In this document: piece after piece, positions 42,269-51,910 of the stretch
How the letters are laid out: each line of letters begins with the position of its first letter
How positions within the stretch are numbered: the first letter of the stretch is position 1
IMG/VR virus record: IMGVR_UViG_3300001102_000006
Origin: a virus
Direction: 5' to 3' (one strand)
DNA: 64,000 nt
Notes under the pieces: model-generated
Databases searched by the model: none
Seen by the model: only the letters and a program-made list of their open reading frames with translations
What the model was told of the DNA's origin: nothing
Translations under genes and position numbers: made by a program

Positions 42269-42291
42269 TTTAACGGACAGGACGTATAAAG

Positions 42292-42317
42292 AAGGCCCGC
42301 TAACGCGGGCCTTTTTG
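42292..42317 (+). terminator. Intrinsic terminator with TAAC loop
   Basis: AAGGCCCGC-TAAC-GCGGGCCTT then T tract. Confidence 0.8.
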
Positions 42318-42390
42318 TTTGTGAACCGCATGCTGTTGACATGTGACAATTTGTATTGCACAATGCCCATTGAAAATCTAGGTAAAAGTC

Positions 42391-42966
42391 ATGCCCACAT
42401 ACCCACCTCGCCCCACGTGGAACCATCCAGACGCAAAAGCACTCGCTGCTGTGGAAATTCGTGATGACGTTCATAATTGGACGCAGGAGGCAGGTGTGTC
42501 CGTTGACAATGATCGCGAGTTTCTTGCGCTCATCACACTGGCAATGATGGAGTCACCAGACGCATACTGGACAGGACGCTATATCGAAAGCTTCTTGGAT
42601 TGGCCAGTCGATGCTGTTCTCGTGAATATCTTTGATTCCGCTTTCCGTCGATTGAAGTTTCTCAAGACGCGCCTCGTCCATGACTGGGTGACGAAACACG
42701 CTGTCCGCTTTCCTGCCAAAAAAGGTCAAGGTGTTATTGCTCGCATTGGTGACTTAGAAGTCAAAGTGAAGATCGAAGACATTGTTTTGCGCGAAGCCGC
42801 CGCTTACGGTGAACCAATAGGCAAGCCCGGAAAGAAAATTCGTGTGCATGCCGAAGAAGTTTTGCAGGTCATATCCTTGGGTTCTTCCAGCAAGGGACCC
42901 AATGATTTTCCAACAGGGGGTACCCCTGTCGCCTCAGCAAAAACAAAAGAGGCACGCGTAGCATGA
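42391..42966 (+). CDS. Hypothetical protein
   Basis: First ORF of the packaging operon. Confidence 0.6.
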   Translation: MPTYPPRPTWNHPDAKALAAVEIRDDVHNWTQEAGVSVDNDREFLALITLAMMESPDAYWTGRYIESFLDWPVDAVLVNIFDSAFRRLKFLKTRLVHDWVTKHAVRFPAKKGQGVIARIGDLEVKVKIEDIVLREAAAYGEPIGKPGKKIRVHAEEVLQVISLGSSSKGPNDFPTGGTPVASAKTKEARVA

Positions 42967-42985
42967 AAGAAACGGTTGGATTGAT

Positions 42986-43507
42986 TTGACTGTCATTGTA
43001 GGTATTGACCCCGGCAATAGTGGTGCGTTGGCGTTCTTGGATTACGAGAGCGCCATCATCCGTATTGTGGACATGCCAACTTTCGAGTTTACGACAACAA
43101 AGAACCGAACAGAGATCGATCCACATACGATCACTGATGTAATGCGGGCGCACGATATTGAGCACGTTTACATGGAAGAAGTCTTCTCGTCTCCACAGAT
43201 GGGGGTGACTTCCGCTTTCAACTTTGGTCAGGGCAAGGGAATGATCCGTGGCGTTGTAGCTGCGTTGGGTTATCCGATGACTCAGATCAAACCGGCCAAA
43301 TGGAAAAAGGATATGCATGTCCCCGCCGACAAGAAAGCAGCAGTTGCACGTGCATCCCAACTAATTCCCGGCGCAGCCTCGTGTTTCAAGGGACCTCGTG
43401 GAGGAACTTTGGATGGTAGAGCGGAAGCTGCACTACTCGCGCTTTACGGCGCGCTTGAACTGGGACGAAACCCGACGCGTCCTTTAACCATGGCTACAGG
43501 AGACTGA
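42986..43507 (+). CDS. ruvC: RuvC-like Holliday junction resolvase
   Basis: IVGIDPG, VYMEEV, SAFNFG, KPAKWKK, DGRAEAALLA. Confidence 0.85.
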   Translation: MTVIVGIDPGNSGALAFLDYESAIIRIVDMPTFEFTTTKNRTEIDPHTITDVMRAHDIEHVYMEEVFSSPQMGVTSAFNFGQGKGMIRGVVAALGYPMTQIKPAKWKKDMHVPADKKAAVARASQLIPGAASCFKGPRGGTLDGRAEAALLALYGALELGRNPTRPLTMATGD

Positions 43508-43590
43508 AATGCCATACAAAGGTGGAAAGAAGAAAGGCGGGAAAAAGAAATGACCCGCATCGATCCAATCATCATCTAAAGGAAAGTACA

Positions 43591-43956
43591 ATGGTCAAGA
43601 CAGAAGCAGAAAAGCGCGCACGCCTCGATAGCGGAAGCGTTCCGAAAGCTCCAATTCGTCACGGACAGTCCGCAAAGACAATGGGTGGCGGCACGCCAAC
43701 TCGTTCCGTTTCGTCGCCTCCCGGTCGCGGTAAGCGTTCCGCATCGGTCGGCAAGTAAACAATGTCCGACGCCGAGTTAGACAACGAGAAACATGAGATG
43801 TTTGCCCGGTGTGTTGCCGTTGGTAACGATCCTTATGTTTGTCGTTTCGGCGTCGGAATGTCCCGTGAACGGACAGCGGCAGAACTTCTCGCTAAGCAGA
43901 AGATTGTAAAGAACCGCATACAATATTTGAAAGAAGCTCATGCCCTGTCTGGATAA
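43591..43956 (+). CDS. Two small hypothetical ORFs (43591-43758 basic; 43762-43956)
   Basis: Coupled ORFs upstream of terS. Confidence 0.5.
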
Positions 43957-44485
43957 CCCAAAGCACGAAGCGTTTGCAGGACACCTCGCCCGAGGTTTGT
44001 CCCAGTCTAAGGCGTATACGCAGGCGGGTTACAATCCGAACCCGGCAGGTTCTTCTCGACTGGCGAATAGCCCAGCAGTTATCGCACGTGTCGAAGAACT
44101 CAAAGATGAGATCGCATCAAAAATCGATCACGCTATGCAGGTCACAGACGAAGAAACGTTTGGGTCTCTTGCTGATCTGGGTATCACAATTGAATATATC
44201 GCTCGGCGGTACAAAGAATTGTCCGCTGCTGCCGAACAAGCGGGGCAATATGCGCCTGCAATCAATGCTATCGACAAACTGGAAAAGCTTCTGGATATTT
44301 CGGGACGCGCCGGTTCTGATGGTGACGATGAGGCAAACTCCCCCAAAATTGCCATCAGCCAAGTCAATGAAATGCTTGGCAATGTGACCGAAATGCTGAA
44401 AGCCGCCAAAGATTCTCCTGAGATGATCGACGTTACTCCGGCAGAAGAAACTCCAAAGGAAATCACGGATGATCACACTTCATGA
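43940..44485 (+). CDS. terS: Terminase small subunit
   Basis: LDNPKHEAFA.HLARGLSQSKAYTQAGY HTH; overlaps terL. Confidence 0.75.
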   Translation: MPCLDNPKHEAFAGHLARGLSQSKAYTQAGYNPNPAGSSRLANSPAVIARVEELKDEIASKIDHAMQVTDEETFGSLADLGITIEYIARRYKELSAAAEQAGQYAPAINAIDKLEKLLDISGRAGSDGDDEANSPKIAISQVNEMLGNVTEMLKAAKDSPEMIDVTPAEETPKEITDDHTS

Positions 44486-46109
44486 GCGCAAAGAGTATCG
44501 CACAGCGATTGCTCAGTTTGACAAATACATTGAAGTAGTTGACGAAGCTATTCTTCGTGGTAAGCCTTTAGACCCGGCAATGGCTGCGGGTTTGTTGGCA
44601 ATGACAAACACGTCTGACTTACACAACCAGTTGAAAGCACTCAAAGCTGTTCGAGATCAGATTGACGCACAGTATGATGCAGAACTTTTGCACGCCGCGC
44701 CTTTCCGCTTTTCCCCATTCTGTGAGTATATGTCACGCCACGAACCCCCGGCGATGCACCATGAATTTCTGATCGACCACATGGAACAGGTGCATAACCG
44801 CGACATCATGCGATTGGCTATCTCTATGCCTCCCGGTTCAGCAAAAAGCACCTATGCTTCAAAGCTGTTTCCAGCATGGCATCTCGGTCGTCGTCCGAAT
44901 GATCGTTGGCTGCAGGGCGCACACACACAAACATTTGCCAAGGACCAATTGGGTAAACCTGTTCGCCGCATTGTTTCTGATCCACGGTACCGTGATGTGT
45001 TTCCAGAGATGGGACTATCGGCTGGGTCTGCTGCTGCTGATTTCTTTGAATTCACCGGGGGTAAAGGATCGTACAAAGCGGTTGGCGTTGGCGTGGGTAT
45101 TTCTGGTTTCCGCGCAGAGATTGGCGCAATCGATGACCCTGTTGCTTCTCGTGAAGACGCCGAAAGTCCCACAAGTCGCCGTAAACTACACGCTTGGTTT
45201 GAGGATGACTTCTCGACCCGACCAATGCCGGGTTCTCCCATCTACATTGTTGCCACACGCTGGCACGAAGATGATTTGATCGGACACGAACTTTCAAAGA
45301 TGAAAGAAGGCACGTCTGATTATGATTGGGAAGTTATCAATGTCCCCGCCATTGCAAAGGAAGAAGACCCACTTGGTCGTGAGGCTGGTGAGGGTCTTTG
45401 GCCCGAAGTTTTTGGAACAGATTGGTACCTCGCAAAGAAGCGCGGCATTACAGGACGTTCGTGGAATTCTTTGTATCAAGGCGAACCGACTGATGAAGAA
45501 GGCGGCATTCTGAAACGCACAGATGTGTCTCGCTGGACAACAATGCCGCGCGACCGTGTGCGGAGTGATGGGACAATGGTAGACAAGGTGGTCAAGAAGA
45601 TCAGTTTGTCCGTTGACTTGGCGGAAAAAGCAAATCAACGTGCCGACTTCTCGGCGGCGACCGTGTGGATTGAAACGTTTGATCGCAAACACTATCTTGT
45701 GCATGCCTCACGTATCCGGAAAGAATTCAACGACCAAGTGAAGTGGATTGAACACCTCGCAAAGTCGTGGAATGTTCATCAGGTTTTGGTGGAAGATCGC
45801 GGCGCTGGTACACAATACATCCAAGTGCGTAAGGAACAACCGGGTTTTGCCCCGGTCATTCCTATTGCTACAAAGCAACAGTCCAAAGACTTCCGCTTCG
45901 ATGGTGTCACTCCGATGTTTGCTGCCGGAGAAGTATTCCTTCCTGAAAGCGGCAACGACTGGATCGCGGACGTTGAGAATGAACTGTTTGTCTTCCCCAA
46001 CGGCAAGAACGATGACTACGTTGACAGCGTGTCACAGTATTTGGCATACGCCCGCGCAGGTGGCGGACGTGTCCGAGGCACGGCGAAGGTTAACTCCGGA
46101 TTTGGATGA
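44469..46109 (+). CDS. terL: Terminase large subunit
   Basis: Walker A MPPGSAKST, GAIDDP, VATRWHEDDLIG, SVDLA, VEDRGAG, FPNGKNDDYVDSVSQ. Confidence 0.93.
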   Translation: MITLHERKEYRTAIAQFDKYIEVVDEAILRGKPLDPAMAAGLLAMTNTSDLHNQLKALKAVRDQIDAQYDAELLHAAPFRFSPFCEYMSRHEPPAMHHEFLIDHMEQVHNRDIMRLAISMPPGSAKSTYASKLFPAWHLGRRPNDRWLQGAHTQTFAKDQLGKPVRRIVSDPRYRDVFPEMGLSAGSAAADFFEFTGGKGSYKAVGVGVGISGFRAEIGAIDDPVASREDAESPTSRRKLHAWFEDDFSTRPMPGSPIYIVATRWHEDDLIGHELSKMKEGTSDYDWEVINVPAIAKEEDPLGREAGEGLWPEVFGTDWYLAKKRGITGRSWNSLYQGEPTDEEGGILKRTDVSRWTTMPRDRVRSDGTMVDKVVKKISLSVDLAEKANQRADFSAATVWIETFDRKHYLVHASRIRKEFNDQVKWIEHLAKSWNVHQVLVEDRGAGTQYIQVRKEQPGFAPVIPIATKQQSKDFRFDGVTPMFAAGEVFLPESGNDWIADVENELFVFPNGKNDDYVDSVSQYLAYARAGGGRVRGTAKVNSGFG

Positions 46110-46902
46110 ACGCATCAAGAGAGCAGCGAAGCATAAGTTTAGCTGATCGTGTTGGCCATTCCATTTTCTTCTCGTATTCTTCGAGTCCCATTTCTTCGGA
46201 CAGCAAAAGTCCGATAATGGTTTCAAGAAAAGCGCCTTGCAATCGCCACAAAACCACAGCAATTTCGTCGTCAGACTCAAGAAAGTCGGTGACAGAGACT
46301 TTTCCAGCCGATATGCAGAACGTTTCCCAGTGCATGAGAATGTCGAGCGCCGCGTCCACGTGCTTTGTTTCAATTTTGAAGCCCTGACGACGCCGACCCA
46401 ACGCGAAGATCATCTCACTTTTTTGGCTGTATGAGGTGAGATATCCGGTACGTTGGTAACGGACCCGCGTTGGAACTGCGCGGTCCGAAGAACCCGACGC
46501 TTGTTTCTTTGCGGCATATCGCAAAATGTCCTTACCTTCGTGTGTGCGGTAAATGGCATCAGACGCCAACAGCGCTCCGATTGCTTCGGCAGGAATTGGT
46601 TCGACAACTCGACCAGAACGTGCGTCGATCACGCCCGCAACAGAAAGATCGCGCGACACCACAAAAGTATGGTGTGTCGTTTGCGCTCGGGTCAGCATGG
46701 CATCAAGGGATTGTTGCTTGAGTGTCGTTTTCCCTTTCTCACGCAACTCCATATAGTGATCGAAAACTGGGTCTTCGCGCATATCCTCAACCTTGCGGGT
46801 TTGTCGCAGAATGGTGGAGGGCTGAACGTCCTTTTCGCGGGCGACCTGTCTCATCGACTTGCCGCTCACATGTTCTTCGTAGCTGTCAATAGCCTCTTGC
46901 AC
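46090..46902 (-). CDS. gafA: GafA-like (DUF6456) GTA activator homologue
   Basis: N-terminal SMRQVAREKDVQPSTILRQTRKVEDMREDP parallels GafA HTH; RVRY; C-terminal GLEEYEKKMEWPTRSAKLMLR parallels GLE.AEKR.GWSARSGK.VLR. Confidence 0.7.
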   Translation of the reverse strand: MQEAIDSYEEHVSGKSMRQVAREKDVQPSTILRQTRKVEDMREDPVFDHYMELREKGKTTLKQQSLDAMLTRAQTTHHTFVVSRDLSVAGVIDARSGRVVEPIPAEAIGALLASDAIYRTHEGKDILRYAAKKQASGSSDRAVPTRVRYQRTGYLTSYSQKSEMIFALGRRRQGFKIETKHVDAALDILMHWETFCISAGKVSVTDFLESDDEIAVVLWRLQGAFLETIIGLLLSEEMGLEEYEKKMEWPTRSAKLMLRCSLDAFIQIRS

Positions 46903-46911
46903 TTGCTTCTC

Positions 46912-47454
46912 CTAACTCTGTTTGGCTTTCATGTCGGAACCGTAGAACTTTGCTTTGTTCCAGAATTCGACGCTTGCCATATTTACACGATAGCCTGCGG
47001 CTGCATTCATGTGGGAGATGTGCGACAGAAATTCCTGCGCAAGCTCGGCACTATGTAGAAGCGACAGACTTTGGATGATCCGGCATACCCGGAGATGATT
47101 GTGGTCACGATGTGACAGCACCAAAGGCTTGCCCACGTCACCACTGTAGAAGCGCCGCATGTATTGGTTGGCGCGAATGAGTTTGTCTTGGGCCGCAGCA
47201 TCGACGCGGATGCTTTCGACATCATCCCACGTAAGCACAGGAGAGTCAGGCTGGCAAGCCGAAGGCGTCATGGTCGGGAACATCCACTGGATCAGTGTAT
47301 GGTACCTTTCAAATTCGGAATGGGGCATACCATACCCACCACCATCCGGATAAGCGGTGCCGTCTTCGGGTGTCCGCACAATCTGATGGATGTAGTAAGG
47401 AGCGTCCGGATGCATGATCTCGCCGCGCAGAAATTTGTGTACGTTACTCGCCAT
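46912..47454 (-). CDS. Opioid growth factor receptor (OGFr)-like domain protein
   Basis: HTLIQWMFP...PVLT, DHNHLRVCRIIQSL. Confidence 0.75.
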   Translation of the reverse strand: MASNVHKFLRGEIMHPDAPYYIHQIVRTPEDGTAYPDGGGYGMPHSEFERYHTLIQWMFPTMTPSACQPDSPVLTWDDVESIRVDAAAQDKLIRANQYMRRFYSGDVGKPLVLSHRDHNHLRVCRIIQSLSLLHSAELAQEFLSHISHMNAAAGYRVNMASVEFWNKAKFYGSDMKAKQS

Positions 47455-47980
47455 GGGTGTCCTCCGCTTTGTATGATTCGAAGTTATAGCCGATTGTCTC
47501 GTTGAACACAACCTCCCTTCCGCTGTCATTGAGAATTACCCAGACAGTCCACTTACCATTGATTTCGGCGGAGCGCAGAACGACACCAAGCGTTCCCTTG
47601 GACACAGGCACGAAACCCTTGGTCCCATCAATCTTGACATTTTTCCGCCGGTTGAATTTGAACGGTCCCCACTTACAGGGAACATAAGTGCCGTAGCATT
47701 TCTGTTCGTAGATCGCTGCGAGGCAGTTTGCAGTGACGCGAATGATGCGGCCTTTGTAGTATTCAGCGTGACCATCACGCGGCTCGTCGTGATCTGGAAC
47801 CCGGCTGATCTCAGCCCAATGTGTTGCCCGGAACCGGCGCGGATCACCCTGCCAACCAACCCGAGTGTTTCCGGACGGGCTATCGACTTGAAGAAATTTC
47901 ATCGTTTCCTGATGTCCACGATGCCCGACAATATACGTGCCGCTTTTTGTTGGTGGGGTAGTTAGTGGGGTCCAATTCAT
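47444..47980 (-). CDS. Hypothetical protein
   Basis: W.P...PP.KSGTY...THWAE N-terminal module. Confidence 0.55.
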   Translation of the reverse strand: MNWTPLTTPPTKSGTYIVGHRGHQETMKFLQVDSPSGNTRVGWQGDPRRFRATHWAEISRVPDHDEPRDGHAEYYKGRIIRVTANCLAAIYEQKCYGTYVPCKWGPFKFNRRKNVKIDGTKGFVPVSKGTLGVVLRSAEINGKWTVWVILNDSGREVVFNETIGYNFESYKAEDTHGE

Positions 47981-48881
47981 TCGTCATCTCCTTCATCCAA
48001 ACACTTCTCACAGGCGTTGCAAGACCAGCAGTAACGGCAGCCGCAATCGCTCCCACCGCAGTCGCAGCAGTCATATACATTGTCGCAGTCACAATCGTCG
48101 TCCATCGTTCGCCCTCCAAATTTTGCTTAGCCTTACATCTATATGATTCGTTATGGTCCGTCAACAGGAAAATGCTTGACAAGATGTGACAATTTGTGTT
48201 AGACATGTTGGGCCAGATAGGCTCATCTGGTGTTCCTCCTTCAAACTGTCCCGGCTTCGCGCCGGGACTTTTTTCGGGACCCACCGATATCGATCTACCG
48301 GGTGGGGAGGGCGAAAAAGGGATTGTAGTAGCGGGAAAGAAACCTGAATCCCTGAGATACCCATTAAGATCGCCAGTAGCTTTCCCATTTCCTCCCACAC
48401 CATACCACCCATTCCCAGCAGCCGCCGGGAAAGTTAAGAGTATGTGAAGATGTAAGCCCTGCGTAAATTTGGCAGACCTTCATTCTTTCTCTCGGACGAT
48501 TTGTTTTTTCAAAATTGCATCACCATCTCAGCCCAAAATGAGATGTGACAATTTAGAGACCCAGTTTAATCGATTCGCCGGGTGGGTCACGAATCACAGT
48601 ACCCGAATCGTGTGAACATCTAACTAACTGATTTTGCTCAATTTATTTTGTCACATCTCAATTATTGACGTGACAATTTGCCTGAAACGTCACATTTAGG
48701 CTCCGACAAGCCCTGATTTGCCCCCGACACAGGCGAATCAGGGCTTTTTGTCTGCCGGGACCCACCATGATTCGAGATGGGGGCACGGTACTAATTTTGC
48801 TGATGTTGACTTTTTCTACGCTGACGAGTTTTTATTATAGAGATGCGTTGTTTATTAAACTTTTCGCTGTAGCGTATAAAC

Positions 48882-49514
48882 ATGGAAATCAAAGAAATCC
48901 TCGGCTCGGGAATAGAGTCCGTGTACGCCTATCACTTCCCATCTGATGAAACAGATACGATCTGGCCTATCAAAATTGGAAGAACACGGGGTAACCCGAT
49001 TGATAGAATTCGTAATCAACAAGCATCAATGAAAGAAACGCCTGTTATCGGCGTTGTTTGGCGTACAGCCAATTCTTTTTGGTTGGAGAAAGAACTTCAT
49101 GTGTCTTTTTGTGATCGCAAGCTTGACACGTTTGGCAACGAATGGTATGAGACAAACTATGATGAGATAAAGAGGGCGTGCCAAATCCAAGCACGTACCG
49201 GGGATAAGATTGTAAGGGACCCGCGACAATTAGGAGCCGCCTTACGGCGGTTTCGAACACAACGTCAGATGACCCAATCCGAACTCAAAGACGATACAGG
49301 ATTGAGACAGGGGACCCTATCGAATCTGGAAGGGGGTGGGGCCTCAAAGCTACAAACTGTGATGTCTGTTATGGCGGCATTGGATTTGGAGATGATTATT
49401 CGTCCCAGACAAAAGACTGAGTACCATGACGGCAACCCTGACAGCCTTCCAACCGGTACATTCGACCCATCCAGCGTTCTCGCAGATTACGATCCCGCCA
49501 ATAAAGGACGATAG
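48882..49514 (+). CDS. GIY-YIG-like (T5orf172-type) domain fused to a HipB-like XRE HTH
   Basis: VYAY...IKIGRT...RIRNQ...LEKELH...GNEWY; LGAALRRFR...TQSEL...GLRQGTLSNLEGG. Confidence 0.7.
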   Translation: MEIKEILGSGIESVYAYHFPSDETDTIWPIKIGRTRGNPIDRIRNQQASMKETPVIGVVWRTANSFWLEKELHVSFCDRKLDTFGNEWYETNYDEIKRACQIQARTGDKIVRDPRQLGAALRRFRTQRQMTQSELKDDTGLRQGTLSNLEGGGASKLQTVMSVMAALDLEMIIRPRQKTEYHDGNPDSLPTGTFDPSSVLADYDPANKGR

Positions 49515-49520
49515 AGCCAC

Positions 49521-49907
49521 ATGGTCAAACGAAGAAACCCAGAATGGTGGCACGTTGATAGTCAAGGTCGTAAGATCGGATACATGTGGCCCGAGGACAT
49601 GCTTACCTCCATCGAGTCGATCTGGGGTCACCGCAAAGGCATAGAAGGCTTCTCCCGCTACGCGGGCTTCAACCGTACATCAGTTGAGAAGTGGTGCCGT
49701 GGTCAGAACCCCATCCCACGCCACGTGGCGCTGCTGGTCTTATCACTTGAGAAGCTGGTTCATCGTTGGATCAAGCCGGGTGGTGACGCATACAGACGGC
49801 CAACGGAGCTATCCCATCGGCGGGACTTCCCTAAGCTCGATCCGTCATGGCTGCCGGATGAGACGAAGCGTCTGTTTGCGCTTGACATGGTAAGAGAGAT
49901 CAAATAG
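49521..49907 (+). CDS. Small HTH-like protein
   Basis: FSRYAGFNRTSVEKWCRGQNPIPRHVALL. Confidence 0.6.
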   Translation: MVKRRNPEWWHVDSQGRKIGYMWPEDMLTSIESIWGHRKGIEGFSRYAGFNRTSVEKWCRGQNPIPRHVALLVLSLEKLVHRWIKPGGDAYRRPTELSHRRDFPKLDPSWLPDETKRLFALDMVREIK

Positions 49908-50084
49908 GTATCAGGTGTTCGCAGCGTTTTGGGTTTCCGCTGTGACGCCTCCTGCCTCGGCAGCGCCTCCTGTTCCTCATGGCAGTTGATGGCGCTGCCG
50001 GGGTCCTTTTCTCACCCGCTGACGCGGGCACATGAAAACAAGAAACCTATTGACATCATCAAACGAATCAGGTATACGGTAATC

Positions 50085-50178
50085 TCTGCTCGATAGGGGA
50101 GCTTCCTTGTTCAATCCCCTGCCTCAGACTGGACCGCCTTGCTGGGTTTCCCCCTTTCCACAGCAGGGCGGTCTTTTT
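50085..50178 (+). ncRNA. Candidate small RNA with a 13-bp terminator stem and C/U-rich loop
   Basis: TTGACA(50050)-17-TATACG promoter; no ORF; GACCGCCTTGCTG/CAGCAGGGCGGTC then T5. Confidence 0.5.
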
Positions 50179-50406
50179 CGTTTCACACATTCTGCAACGT
50201 TTATCCGTTAGGCTGATGGCTTAACGATCCGCTGGGACAGCCAAGTCTCTTGGCTGTCTAAAGTTGGAGAAGCCCGCGTTAGCGGGTCAAATATGGCCTG
50301 TTACTCCGGCTTATCGACTGTAAGCGGTAAAAGATTGCCGGTTACGCCTGAGCCGCCCGCGCAATCGTCGCACGATAAATGAAACGAATAGGTGCTGCTT
50401 CACTTT

Positions 50407-50553
50407 TTGTTTTGACGATCTCTCATTTTTGTTCTGGTGATCAATCATTTTTGTTTTGACGATCTTCCATTTTTTGATACGAGATTGTTTTGACGATTGA
50501 TCATTTTTTCTATCGCACACGCACGCGCTCTGACGAGAGTTTGTTTTGACGAT
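50407..50553. repeat. Four exact TTGTTTTGACGAT repeats (50407, 50451, 50485, 50541)
   Basis: Direct reading; T-rich non-coding context. Confidence 0.85.
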
Positions 50554-50663
50554 CAGCCGTTTTTACGTTTGCTCATTTTTTCTATAGCGAAAAAGTTGTT
50601 TTCGTCTGGCGCGTGTACGCCCCGGAGAAAAAATCTATTGAAACAAAGCCGCGTTAACCTTTT

Positions 50664-50741
50664 GAAAAAGAACAGAGTCCGCACTCCTAACCCGTCCCCT
50701 ACTCGCCCGGTGTCCGCCGCGCTTTCCTGACCTCACATTTA
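50664..50741 (-). ncRNA. Repeated small RNA, copy A
   Basis: TTGCGA-17-TAATCT promoter, TGTGAGGTCAGGAAAG, hairpin, AGTAGGGGACGGG, terminator. Confidence 0.65.
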
Positions 50742-51046
50742 GATTAGATCATTGCCCAGTGATTCGCAAGGGCTAAAATAGGCGTCTTACAGATCAGACA
50801 TTTCAGCCTCGCACCGCGCTAGACCACTAAGGCCCGCTTACAGTAACGGCACGACTCCGCGTGCTATCCTGCGCCTATCTCTAAGCTATCGCCTGCGGTT
50901 TGATTCGTCAAGCGATATAAAGGCGATTGCCGCGATACCGACTCCAACGGCAAGAAACAACGCCGCCAAGGGATTCCACATGGTCACCCATACGTTACAG
51001 AATGCCCCGATTGACATCCCCGCCCATAAATACGCGCGCCCTGTCA

Positions 51047-51278
51047 TTAGAAAAGCCCCCCGATACCATACCAAACGAAAGCGCCGAACAATGCCCAGCC
51101 CGCGCCCAGCATAACGCAATCAATCGCCTTTTCGGTGGCGATGGAAAGCGCGCGCCGTGCGGGTGACATCGCGCGCAATTGTGCCTCGCGCAAGCGCCGC
51201 GCCGTGCCTGCTACGTTCCACTTGCCATAGTCGATTTGCGCGTCAAGTGTCTCTTTCAATTGTGCTGCGGTCTGCATT
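51047..51278 (-). CDS. Hypothetical protein with C-terminal TM
   Basis: AAAGGG RBS before MQTAA. Confidence 0.5.
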
Positions 51279-51350
51279 GTGATTCCCTTTCTTTGATAAC
51301 CCTTTGTCGCATGATTCCCCGTGCCAGTCAATAGAAAATTTGCGCAACCT

Positions 51351-51366
51351 TGTTTCACGTGAAACA
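51351..51366. other. parS: parS centromere palindrome 1
   Basis: TGTTTCACGTGAAACA, exact consensus. Confidence 0.9.
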
Positions 51367-51419
51367 ACGCACGCAAAAAGACCCGCTAACGCGGGCCTTT
51401 CCTTTGCAATTGCGTGGCG

Positions 51420-51737
51420 TTAGATTGCCACGGCTTCCCCGCCTGCGGCGGTCAATTCGACCAGCCAAACGGGTTTGCGACCGCGACCGGACCACGTAAG
51501 CGATTCGTCATCGGGGTGCCGGAATTTCGGCGCGGCGGGATGCACGCGCTTGGCGTTCGGGAAAACATCCTTGACCGTGAAACCGTGCGACTCAATCAAT
51601 TCGATTGCAGCATCCTTGCACGCGGCAAGCCGTTCCTTTTCGACCTGCGGGGCCAGCTTTGCAGCATCGGCGGCAAGCGCCTTGAGCGCGGCGGGGTCCA
51701 TGGTGGAAAGGTCAATACCGTGGGTTTGGGTTGTCAT
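51420..51737 (-). CDS. hns: H-NS family nucleoid protein (HvrA-like)
   Basis: IDLSTMDPAALKAL N-terminus; PKFRHPDDESLTWSGRGRKPVWL DNA-binding motif. Confidence 0.9.
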   Translation of the reverse strand: MTTQTHGIDLSTMDPAALKALAADAAKLAPQVEKERLAACKDAAIELIESHGFTVKDVFPNAKRVHPAAPKFRHPDDESLTWSGRGRKPVWLVELTAAGGEAVAI

Positions 51738-51910
51738 GAAAAAAGTCTCCTTGGGTTTGTGGCGTTGTTCGCCGTTTCGATAAAACAGTTATTGCATGGG
51801 AAAAAACGATTCGCAAGACAAAAAAGCAAGGTAAGCCAAAATTTTTATCCTTGCATCGGCTTTGCCCCTATGTCATAAGGTATGCATCGCAACGCCAAAA
51901 AGGAATCGGC

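Noticed and set aside
42412-42424. Partial parS-like CCCCACGTGGAAC
   Set aside because: Only a half match and inside a coding region.
2907-46109. Inteins or introns in ligase, NAMPT or TerL
   Set aside because: Proteins are of normal length with contiguous motifs.
47880-48447. ORFs 47880-48398 and 48196-48447
   Set aside because: Low-complexity translations over a promoter-rich intergenic region; no convincing RBS.
50407-50553. CRISPR or TIGR-type array
   Set aside because: Repeats are 13 bp with irregular spacers that contain degenerate repeat copies; no cas or Nop-domain gene seen.
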